64,000 nucleotides of DNA from assembly GCA_963763775.1 (NCBI GenBank), contig CAVXPZ010000001.1, positions 1,120,001 through 1,184,000 of the forward strand. The letters run 5' to 3'. The translations under genes were made by a program, and so were the position numbers. Below are positions 32,379-41,391 of this stretch, piece by piece (within the stretch, counting starts at the first letter, position 1; every line of letters starts with the position of its first letter). Origin of the DNA: an uncultured Chloroflexia bacterium. Its GTDB lineage: Bacteria; Chloroflexota; Limnocylindria; Limnocylindrales; CSP1-4. The notes under the pieces are model-generated. The model saw only the letters and a list, made by a program, of their open reading frames with translations, ran no database searches and was not told the origin of the DNA.

Positions 32379-33450
32379 ATGGGAGCGGAGCAGGACGGAC
32401 GGTCGAACGGCGGCGGCCGTCCGCGGGCCGCGCCGACCATGCGGGACATCGCCGCGGTCGCCGGCGTCTCGCAGAGCACGGTGTCGCGGGTCCTGAACGA
32501 CGTCCCGACGCGGGTGCCGATCGCCCCCGAGACCCGCGAACGCGTCACGCTCGCCGCTCGCAAGCTCGGCTATCGGCCGAACCCGCTCGCGCGCGGCCTC
32601 CGCGGGGCGCCGACGATGCTCCTCGGTGCCGTCGTCCGCGACATCACCGACCCATTCTTCGCGGGTGCCGTGGAGGCCCTGTCGGTCGCGGCGATGGCCC
32701 ATGGCTACAACCTCGTGCTCGGACACGCCCGTGGCCGCGCGGATGAGGCCCTGGCGCTCACCGCGGTGCTCGAGACCCGCCACTGCGACGCGATCGTCCT
32801 GCTCGGCGACCTCCAGGATCAGCCGCGACTGCTCGGGCGATCTCGCCGATCTCATCGTGCCGGTCGTCGGCCTGTGGCAGGGCTCGAGCCCGATCGGGGT
32901 GGCCACCGTCGACGTCGACAACGAGGTCGGCGTCCGGGCCGGGCTCGATCACCTGGTCGGGCTCGGCCACGAACGGATCGCCTTCGTGAGCGGCCGTCCG
33001 TTCGGCGACATCCGCGAGCGAGAAGCCGCGTATGCCGCGTACATGGAGCAACGCTTCGGCGGCATCCGCGACGGCTACGTCCAGCACGTCTCGAACACGC
33101 CCAGCGGTGGGGACACGGCCATGCGCGCCCTCCTGGCGCTCAGCGAAGCGCCGACGGCGCTGATGACCTCGACGGACACGCTGGCGGTGGGGGCGCTCCA
33201 CGCCGCCTACGGTCGAGGGATCGTGGTGCCACGCGACCTCTCGATCGTCGGCTTCGACGACATCCTGTTCGCCAGTCATACGATCCCGGCGCTGACGACG
33301 CTCCACATGCCGACGACCGAGATCGTGGAGGAAGGCGTCCGCATCGCGATCGAGCTGGCCCGGAACCCGGCGTTCCCCCGCGACCCCAGCGTGACGCTGC
33401 GGGCGCCGCAGCTGATCATCCGGGAGTCGACGGCGGCGCCGGCGAACTGA
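32379..33450 (+). CDS. LacI family regulator (frameshift near 32835)
   Basis: TMRDIAAVAGVSQSTVSRVLN, LGYRPNPLARGL, GHERIAF, VPRDLSIVGFDD, LIIREST. Confidence 0.93.
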
Positions 33451-33456
33451 TCCGAG

Positions 33457-33957
33457 CTACGGGGCTGGCTCCTCCGGACCCCTGGCGGCCGCCGGCTCGT
33501 ACTCGCCCCACGGGTCCTCCCCCACCAGCGGCAGGAGCGGCTCGTCGGGATGGACGGTCATCCGCCACTGGGCGTAGTGGTCGTTCGAGCAGGCGCCGAC
33601 GATCGTCCGCCGGTCGGCCGCGATGGTGATCCCGTGCTCGGTCGCGAGACCGCAGATGACGCACACCGCCGGCACGTTGACCTGCGGTTCGGTCGCGCCA
33701 TGCCACGGGATCCGCGTGTGGCGGATGACGAAGCGGCCTTCGTTGACGTCGAGGCCCGACGCGTAGATCGGTCCGATCGCCTCCGTCGAGCCCGACACGT
33801 GGTTCTCGCAGTAGGTCCAGGCCGGATGGGTGATCGGGATGCCGTCGCGGATGATGCAGCTCGACTCGCTCAGGTCCTCGGCATGGTCGTGCCAGCGTCC
33901 CTCGTTGGCGCTGTTGAAGCCGCAGTTCATGCAGTTGTCGGCTCCGCCGTTCGGCAT
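33457..33957 (-). CDS. Hypothetical Cys/His-rich protein with two putative Zn sites
   Basis: MPNGGADNCMNCGFN...C...YCENH and CVICG...ACSNDH; 10 bp downstream of the macrodomain gene. Confidence 0.7.
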   Translation of the reverse strand: MPNGGADNCMNCGFNSANEGRWHDHAEDLSESSCIIRDGIPITHPAWTYCENHVSGSTEAIGPIYASGLDVNEGRFVIRHTRIPWHGATEPQVNVPAVCVICGLATEHGITIAADRRTIVGACSNDHYAQWRMTVHPDEPLLPLVGEDPWGEYEPAAARGPEEPAP

Positions 33958-33967
33958 CCGGCGTCGC

Positions 33968-34516
33968 TCAGATCCCGGCCAGCCGGCGCCGGAAGGCGTC
34001 GATCCCGTTCGGTCGGAGCACGAACGTGACCCGCTCGATGCCGGTCTCGCCCAGGAGATGGTCCCGGACCGTGCGCAGCGCGACGTCGGCGGCCGTGTCG
34101 ATGGGGAACCCGAACGTGCCCGCGCTGATGGCCGGCGAGCAGATGCTCCTCGCGCCGAGCTCGTCCGCCACCTGCATGACGCTTCGATAGGCCGAGGCGA
34201 GGAGATCGAGCTTGTCCTGCCCGCCGAAGCCCCAGACGGGACCGACCGCGTGGATGACCCAGCGCGCCGGCAGCTCGTAGGCGCCGGTCGCCACGGCGGT
34301 GCCGGTCGGCGTGCCCGAGGGGTAGCGCTGGCGCATCTCGCCCGAGAGCTCGGGCCCGGCCGCGCGCCAGATCGCGCCGTCCACGCCGCCGCCGTTGGCG
34401 AAGGCGCTGTTGGCGGCGTTCACGATGGCGTCGGCCGGGAACTTGGTGATGTCGCCTTCGACGACGTCGAGCACGGACGTGCCGAAGGTGCGGGATGTGG
34501 CAGGTTGGCGGTCCAT
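33968..34516 (-). CDS. Macrodomain protein (YmdB-like ADP-ribose hydrolase)
   Basis: GDIT..DAIVNAAN..GGGVDGAI, VIHAVGP, PAISAGTFGFP. Confidence 0.93.
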   Translation of the reverse strand: MDRQPATSRTFGTSVLDVVEGDITKFPADAIVNAANSAFANGGGVDGAIWRAAGPELSGEMRQRYPSGTPTGTAVATGAYELPARWVIHAVGPVWGFGGQDKLDLLASAYRSVMQVADELGARSICSPAISAGTFGFPIDTAADVALRTVRDHLLGETGIERVTFVLRPNGIDAFRRRLAGI

Positions 34517-34637
34517 CGGATGACTAGGCTCGACTTTCAACGACTGGGTCGGCTGGTTATATGTAGCCGCGGGCTCCGCGACATCCCGGCCGCCAGGGCC
34601 AGCGATTGAACGCGTCGTCCATGCACTCGCGCCTCAG

Positions 34638-35238
34638 CTAGAAGTCCGCGAGCACCTTGGCTTTGAGCGTCTCGTACTCCGCCTCCGAGATGAGTTCCTG
34701 CTCGAGCATCGCCTTTGCCTTTGCAAGCTTCGCCATGGGGTCCTCAGGGCTAGCCACAGCTGGGGCTGAGGGAGCGGTCGGCATCGCCCATGTAGACACC
34801 GCCAGCTTTCGCGCGCGCCTCCTCCATCTCCCGGACCCGACGCTTCTCTCGCCACTCCTGCTCGAGTTGTTGCGCAAGGCCATACAGGCGCCTCGCTTGC
34901 TCCTTCTCAATCGCGCCGATCTCCTGCTTGCCTGCCGCTGTCTCGATCACAATCTCAGTACTGAGCATCCCCTGCTTCATCGATACGTCAAGCACGTCCT
35001 GCCACTGATAGTCATGGAAGCTCACGCGACCCAGGACGCCGGGGGAGAATCCGAGTAATTCGGTTCGAAGTGATAACTACGGCGTCTTTCCTGATCGAGA
35101 GGGCGGTGGCGCCCTGCACTGCGATGTAGAAATCTCCTCGTTGGGCGTCAGGATCTTCGCGACGTCTCGAGCCACCTTCTGTAGTGCGTCGGAATCCTGG
35201 CCCGCCTCCACGTGCTTGATGGGAATGGGCTGCGTCAT
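34638..35238 (-). CDS. Bacterial PH-domain plus SHOCT protein (frameshifted)
   Basis: ILTPNEE..YIAVQ..DAVVITSNR..DYQWQDVLDV and C-terminal DPMAKLAKAKAMLEQELISEAEYETLKAKVL; RBS GAGGAGG. Confidence 0.75.
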
Positions 35239-35393
35239 CCGTTCCTCCTCGTTTCTGGCCCTATGGCGCCTCGTGCGTCTCGTCGCATCGGCGGCCGCAC
35301 ACAAGAGTTTCCTTGCGCGCCGACGGACTCGCAAATCGCTCGACCGATGGCGATGGGCATCGTCCTACCGGTCATGCTACCGTACTTCCTACC

Positions 35394-35711
35394 ATGGATG
35401 AACAACGGTCGTACTCCGCCAAGGGCTTCGCCGAGACCGTCGCGCCGTACGGCAGCGACGACTCGCGGGCGCCCCACACGAAGCTGTCGATCAGCCTGCC
35501 GAGCGATCTCGTCGAGCTGGTTCGCGAGGCGGCGTCCCAGGCCGGACTGACGATGAGCGCCACCATCGGGGCGTCGCTGCGACGAACGCTCGCGGAGGCC
35601 GACCAGGAGCGGCTCGATCGGGCGCTCGCCCTGGACGCCGAGGAGAACCTCGCCTGGGCCGAGGCGTACCTTCCGATCGCCGCGAAGCTGTGGTCGGAGC
35701 TGGAGTGGTAG
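35394..35711 (+). CDS. RHH antitoxin (MazE-like position)
   Basis: KLSISLPSDLVELVREAA; directly upstream of and overlapping the PemK toxin. Confidence 0.75.
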   Translation: MDEQRSYSAKGFAETVAPYGSDDSRAPHTKLSISLPSDLVELVREAASQAGLTMSATIGASLRRTLAEADQERLDRALALDAEENLAWAEAYLPIAAKLWSELEW

Positions 35712-36079
35712 GCATCGGTCGTGCGCCCGCAAGGATCGGTCCGTCGCGGGGCGACATCCATATCGTGGACTTTCCCGATCTCGGTGGCCACGTGATGCGT
35801 GGCCCGCACCCGGCGGTCATCGTCCAGAACGATCGGATGCTTGGGTCGAGCACCGTAACCCTGGTGCCGATGACCAGCGCCCCGCGGTCGGCTCCTGAGC
35901 GGCCTCCGTACCTCGTCGCGGTCCTCGGACGTGACTGCGGACTGAACCGCGACGGCTTTGTGAAGTGCGATCAGCTCGTGACGCTCCCGTCGACCCTGCT
36001 CGGACCAAGGGCCGGACGACTCGACCCCGCCGCCCTCGAGCGCGTCGATGCGGCGCTGCGCTTCGTCCTGGGGCTGTAG
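35705..36079 (+). CDS. PemK/MazF endoribonuclease toxin
   Basis: RGDIHIVDF...GPHPAVIVQND, LVPMTS, VKCDQLVTL, VDAALRFVLGL. Confidence 0.9.
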   Translation: MVGIGRAPARIGPSRGDIHIVDFPDLGGHVMRGPHPAVIVQNDRMLGSSTVTLVPMTSAPRSAPERPPYLVAVLGRDCGLNRDGFVKCDQLVTLPSTLLGPRAGRLDPAALERVDAALRFVLGL

Positions 36080-36087
36080 CGCGCGGG

Positions 36088-37930
36088 TCATCGGAGGGCC
36101 TCCAGCACGGCCGGCGAACCGATGCAGACCAGGTGCTGTCGCGCCCGCGACGCCCCGACGTAGAGCAGCCGAGTCCAGCCGCTCGTCGTCCGGCCGCAGC
36201 TCCACGAGCACGATGACCGGCCGCTCGAGGCCCTTGAAGCGGCGGATCGTGTCGCACAGGATCACGTCGCTCGGGCAGCGTCCGGAACGAGGTGCGCGCG
36301 GCTGGCCGAGATGGTGGCCGGCGTCGTCGACGGCGGGATTGCCCAGGACCTCGTTGCCGAACCGCCGCCCCGGCACGTTCCACACGGCCGAGTCCTCGAG
36401 CCGCGACGCCCGTGAGCACCGCGATGTCCCAGGGCTTGACCTCCTCCTCGACCCGCAGTCGATGCAGGAGCTTGCGCAGCGCCTCGACGGTCGCTCGGCC
36501 CGTCGGCTGCCTCGATGAACTCGGGCGGCCGGCCGTCGGTCCGCAGCGCCTCGCCGACGAGCCCGCCCTCGGCCAGCCGCTCGACGATCGCGTGGATCGG
36601 CTGCGCGTTCCGGCAGTTCGTCTCGAGCGGGAACGTCGGCAGGTCCGAGACTGCCCGATGACGTCGTCGCGGTAGATCGCCTGCGCCGGGTCGTGGAAGA
36701 CGTACAGGACGTCCTGGCGACCGTCGAACAGCAGCGCCTCGAGCGACAGCGAGCCAGTCGGCCGCGAAGTCCTGGCCCTCGTCGACGACGATCGCGTGGT
36801 ACCGCGGCCCGAGCTGCTCGACCGCCTCGTCGAGCGCCCGCGGCAGCGTCCGGTCCCACCAGTCCTGCGGCACCGGCGCGGGTCGCTCGCGGCAGCACGC
36901 CCGGCCTCGCGCCCGAGGTCCTCGCACAGCTGGTGGAACGTCTTGACATCGAGCAGTCCCGGCCGCGCCGGCGACTGCCCGCCGACCTCGTCCGCGAGCA
37001 TCGCCGCCAGCGGCGAGTTGAAGCAGACCAGCAGCGTCCGATAGCCCTCGCGCGCGAGCCGCCGCGCCTTCTCGGCCGCCAGCATCGTCTTGCCGGTCCC
37101 GGCCCCGCCGACGATCGCGGCGCGCCGCTGCGCCCGGAGCGTGTTGAGGAGATCGAATTGACCTTCGGTCAGGCGCACGACCTCGCGCTCGCCGCCGGCG
37201 ATCTCGTTGCGCAGCATCGAGTGCAGCTCGAGCGGCTCGGTCATCGTCGCGACGCAGCAGGTCGATGGCGGCGCGCCCGGGCGGCCGCGTGTCCGCCTGG
37301 CCGCTCCAGACATCGAAGGCGCGATCGACGAAGGCGTGGAGCTCACGGCGCCCGTCGTCGGTGTCGAGGAATGTCGACTGGTCGGCGATCAGGTCGACCT
37401 CGACGTCCGGCCCGAGCAGGCCAAGCCGCCCGCGCATGGTGTCGAGTTCGACGTCGGGGAAGGCGACCGCCTGACCGCGATCGGGCTTGAGGCCGGACGG
37501 CCAACCCGGCAACTCGCGAAGCTTGCGGACGAGCGAGTGACGGCTGTCGGCCGCCTGCTCGAACGGGCGATCGCGGGAGGCGGTCGGCCGCCCACCACGC
37601 GCCGTTGGCGTCGCGGCGGATCTCGCCGGCCTTCACCTCGATGGCCAGGATGCCGCGGTCCGGGTCGCCGATGACGACGTCGGCCTCGCCCTCGCGCTCG
37701 TAGCCGTGGTCGCGGAGCATCCAGCGGACGTGCGGGATGACGGCGACGTCCGGCGGGAGCACGGCACGCAGACGGGCGACGACGAGGCGCTCGGCCTCCT
37801 CGCCCCGGGTCGCGATGATGTCGCGCTCGGTCAGCGGGGACTCCCCCAGTCGATCGGTCGGGTGCTCGATGGGCAGCGTCACCGTAGCAGACGGGTCGTC
37901 GGATCCCGTCGTCGGTCGCGAGGCCGTCAT
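36088..37930 (-). CDS. NERD nuclease plus SF1 (UvrD-like) helicase (multiple frameshifts)
   Basis: GEADVVI...ILAIEVKAG, VAFPD, GGAGTGKT, IVVDEGQD, NCRN, TIRRFKGLE, LYVGASRA. Confidence 0.85.
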
Positions 37931-38106
37931 CGGTCGGGATCCCAGTCGTCGTCCTCGACGCCGTCCTGCAGGTCGAGCGCGACGAAGTCGCGGTTGCGCT
38001 CGCACTCGCCGCAGATCGGCATGCCGGCGTCGCCCGTCGGGTCCTCGTCGGGGTCGCCGTCGAGGGCGTGACCGCACGTGGCGCACACCAGGATCTGATC
38101 CGTCAT
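37927..38106 (-). CDS. 59-aa acidic Zn-finger microprotein (absent from ORF track)
   Basis: MTDQILVCATCGHALDGDPDEDPTGDAGMPICGECERNRDFVALDLQDGVEDDDWDPDR; two CxxC; stop overlaps the NERD-helicase ATG (ATGA). Confidence 0.75.
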   Translation of the reverse strand: MTDQILVCATCGHALDGDPDEDPTGDAGMPICGECERNRDFVALDLQDGVEDDDWDPDR

Positions 38107-38278
38107 CGTGGACGGCCCCTCACCCTGTCCTGCCGGAGGTCCCGGTCGACCTCCGTTCGCCCTCCACCATGCGCTCCGGCCGTGTCACCTCGCCTGTCAC
38201 GAGTGGTGCTTGGGCGCACCACGTCCAGGTCTCTCAGTGATCGAACGCACGGCAACCGCCGTGTCGGAAGATGTCGTC

Positions 38279-39070
38279 ATGTCAGACATCACGGTGCACC
38301 GGACGCCTGAGGATGAGCACCTCGCCGAGCAGGAGCGCCTGCTGGCAGAACTTACCGAGCAGTTGGCGACGACGGAAACCGAGTTCGCGACGTCGGCCGC
38401 CGAGTTCGCTCGATTTCGAACCGCGTATCTCCACAGGTTCGCGCCGCTCTACAGCGAACTCGATCATCTGCAGGCCGAAACCGCGCGCCTCCTAGCGCTC
38501 GAGGAGGACACGCCAGTCGCCCACCAACGGGCTGAAGAGGCCGCCGCCAGAGCCGAGGAGAGCGAGGAGGCCGCCAGCGCGGCGCGTCCGAATGAGAACG
38601 AGATCGTTGATGACGACGAGCCACGGGCCGTCGATGCGGACATGCGCGACCTGTACCGGCGAGCGGCCAAGGTCGTGCACCCGACATGGCGAGCTCCGAC
38701 GAGGAGCGCGAGCGCCGTACTCGGGTGATGGCCGCTGTCAATGAAGCCTACGAACGCGGGGACGCAGAGGCGATCCGCCGGATCCTGGACGGCGAGGGCA
38801 CACGACCGGGATCCGTCGAGGCCGATGACGTCGGGGCCAGGCTGATCCGCACCCTGCGCCAGATCGCCCAGGTGCGAGCGCGGCTCAGCGAGCTAGCCCA
38901 GCTACAGGAGTCGCTCCATGACGATCGGATGTGGCACCTGTTCGTCGCATCGCGCGAGGCGTGGCTGGCGGGCGAGGACCCGTTCGCGGAGGACGAGGCC
39001 GACCTCCGTGACCGCATCGCGGCCGCAAGGGCCAAGCTGGCGGCACTCGTCGGGTCGGCCGTCCTCGTAG
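38279..39070 (+). CDS. Coiled-coil J-domain protein (frameshift at HPD; end approximate)
   Basis: RDLYRRAAKVVHPD-ASSDEERERRTRVMAAVNEAYERGD. Confidence 0.8.
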
Positions 39071-39091
39071 GCGGCACCTGCGTCACGTCCG

Positions 39092-40042
39092 CTAGCGCCG
39101 ACCGGCAGGCTCTCGCTTCGTCACCTCACGGCCGCGTCGCGCCCGCTCGGGTCGGGCGATCGCGGCCGGGTCCGGCGGCCCGCCGGGATAGCGCTCGCCG
39201 GGGACGATCGACGCCGGTTCCGCCTCGATCGCCGACCCGCAGACCAGGCAGATCGCCTTCTCGCCCTTGCGGCCGATCGGCCCGTCGTCGGCGTCGTGGA
39301 GCCCGCCCAGCGGCTCGTCGTTGGTCGTGTAGTCGCACTTGGGGTACTTGGAGCACCCCCAGAAGACGTTCCCGGTGCGCCGCGCGCGACGCGCCTGAAG
39401 GCGCCCACCATCGTTCCTCGGGCACGCAACTTCGAACGCCAGTGGGTCGGGCGGCGGGGCGTCTTGCCCGATGTAGTCGCAGTCCGGGTACCGCGAGCAG
39501 CCGAAGAACAGGCCGAAGCGACCGCGTTTGCTGATGAGGGCCCCGTCGCCGCATTTCGGGCAGATCTCGATGGATTGCCACGGGGTGCAGTTTGGTCGCC
39601 CATCCCGGACGTGCTGCTCGTCACCGAGGGGTCGTCGTTCGTGGTGCAGCGAGAGTTCCTGACACACGAGGAACCGACCAGCCGACCCGGGCTCGATGAA
39701 CATCGGGTGACCTTCCGTGCACACCTCACCCGTGCGCTCGATTCCCTGAGCGTCGAGCGGGACCTCGACTTCGAAGGGCGGCAGGCACCCTCCGGAACGA
39801 ACGACATGGGGCGAGTCATGGCCGGCACGCAGGCGACAAGACGCGAGAAACGGCCCAGCCATCCCGAAGCCGTAGCTGGTGAAGTCGCATGGCCCGGCGT
39901 TCGCGAGGGTCCGAGCGTGGCGGTCGGAGAGCATCCGATCAACGAGTGTCGTTTCGATGGCTCCGGGCTCGTTCGGGACAGATCTCCGACCGTCGAGCCA
40001 AATCGCTCTCAGGAAGGATCTGACCTGGTCTCGTCTTTCCAT
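39092..40042 (-). CDS. Protein with TopA-type C4 zinc ribbons but no topoisomerase core
   Basis: CPKCGDGALISKRGRFGLFFGCSRYPDCDY, CPR..RRARRTGNVFWGCSKYPKCDY, plus a degenerate first ribbon. Confidence 0.75.
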   Translation of the reverse strand: MERRDQVRSFLRAIWLDGRRSVPNEPGAIETTLVDRMLSDRHARTLANAGPCDFTSYGFGMAGPFLASCRLRAGHDSPHVVRSGGCLPPFEVEVPLDAQGIERTGEVCTEGHPMFIEPGSAGRFLVCQELSLHHERRPLGDEQHVRDGRPNCTPWQSIEICPKCGDGALISKRGRFGLFFGCSRYPDCDYIGQDAPPPDPLAFEVACPRNDGGRLQARRARRTGNVFWGCSKYPKCDYTTNDEPLGGLHDADDGPIGRKGEKAICLVCGSAIEAEPASIVPGERYPGGPPDPAAIARPERARRGREVTKREPAGRR

Positions 40043-40201
40043 GTCGCGGGCGACCTCGAGCTAGTGGCGCGGGCTCCAACGATTCTGTGGCAGCCACTTG
40101 TGAAGCGAAGAGGCTCGATGGTCCTAGTGGTGTCAAGAGCGCCGTGCACGCCGCCAGGGCGATGAGACTCGGTCACCGCGGCATGCATCACCCGCAGCCC
40201 C

Positions 40202-40247
40202 GATGCATCAGAGCCTCATCGCGAATCCGGAGTGTCTTCCGGCGGCG
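40202..40247 (+). repeat. 46-bp dispersed intergenic repeat, copy 1
   Basis: GATGCATCAGAGCCTCATCGCGAATCCGGAGTGTCTTCCGGCGGCG. Confidence 0.9.
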
Positions 40248-40272
40248 AGCTCGGCGCCGGCGACCAGCCGCC

Positions 40273-40851
40273 CTAGTACCGCAGCAGCGTCATCACGGCA
40301 CCGACCCGGTTGAACAGCCAGAGGCCGATCGGGAGCGTGATGATCAGCACGCAGAGGCCCCACGCCAGCGCGAGATAGAACGCGCCGAGCCACCAGCCGA
40401 CGAGGATGAACCAGAGCGCCCGAGCCACCATCGGGTACTGCTCGACGTTCCGGTTGACGACGTAGGTGATGCCGTCGCGGACTTCCGTCGTCGTGGTCCC
40501 GGTGCGCTCGCGGAGGGTGAGGATCAGCGGCAGTCGATTGAAGATCCAGAACCCGACGGGCAGGCCGATGATGGTGACGCAGAAGAAGTACGCGACCGTG
40601 ATCGCGACCCCGCTGAGCCACCAGCCGACGAGGAGGAACCAGATCGCCCGGAGCAGCAGGCTTCGTGGCGGCGGGGCGTAGGCGACGTAGGTCGGCGGAG
40701 GGGCGGGTGGAGCCGCCGCGGGCGGAGCTGCCGCGGGCGGAGCAGCCGCAGGTGGAGCTGCCGGGATCGCCGCCGGGACCGCGACGACCTCGGTCGCGTC
40801 GGCAGGCGTGACCTGCGTCTCGTCGGCGGTGCTCGGCTCGTCGTCCGTCAT
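40273..40851 (-). CDS. YccF-domain membrane protein
   Basis: Two repeats of RA(I/L)WF(L/I)LVGWWL...(C)V(T/L)II(G/T)LP(V/I)G; Pro/Ala-rich N-terminus. Confidence 0.85.
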   Translation of the reverse strand: MTDDEPSTADETQVTPADATEVVAVPAAIPAAPPAAAPPAAAPPAAAPPAPPPTYVAYAPPPRSLLLRAIWFLLVGWWLSGVAITVAYFFCVTIIGLPVGFWIFNRLPLILTLRERTGTTTTEVRDGITYVVNRNVEQYPMVARALWFILVGWWLGAFYLALAWGLCVLIITLPIGLWLFNRVGAVMTLLRY

Positions 40852-41391
40852 GGTCGCTCCCCTTCACCCATTCGGAACGCGTCCCGGATCTGCGAGATCC
40901 GATGCCGGTGGTCCAGCTCGTGGTCGATCAGGTGGAACACGATCCACGCCGCCGACGCCTCGCCCCAGGGACGCGGGCGGACGCGCAGGAACTCCTCGCT
41001 CGAGAGACCCGCGACCACCTCGACGATCATCGACCGCGCGCGGTCGAGGCGAGCCCGCTGCTCGGCCATCGACTCGCCGGTCACCGGCGTCAGCCGGCCG
41101 TCCACCTCGCGGTCGTCGTGCGGGAACATCTCGCGCGAGATGTCCGACTCGCGATCGAGGATGTCGGAGTAGACCCAGTCGACCTCGACCAGCGCGAGGT
41201 GGTAGATCACGGTCCCGAGCGAGTCGCCGCCGTCGCCCGGATCGGTGTCGATCGGCCCCGGGGTCGATCTCGTCGAGCAGCTCGTTCGTCCCGCGCCGGA
41301 CGCGGTCCAGGGCCGCCAGCCATCGGCCCGCCTCGGGATCGGCGGCGCCGGGCCAGACGTCGAGCACCAGCCGCCGCGGTTCCTCGCTCAT
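40848..41391 (-). CDS. DinB family protein (frameshifted)
   Basis: SLGTVIYHLALVEVDW, WIVFHLIDHELDHR..I. Confidence 0.8.

Noticed and set aside
39092-40042. Annotating this ORF as topA
   Set aside because: No Toprim or catalytic domain is present upstream.
40690-40780. PPAAA tandem repeat in yccF, and Pro/Thr tracts in the lipoproteins
   Set aside because: Ordinary low-complexity linkers.
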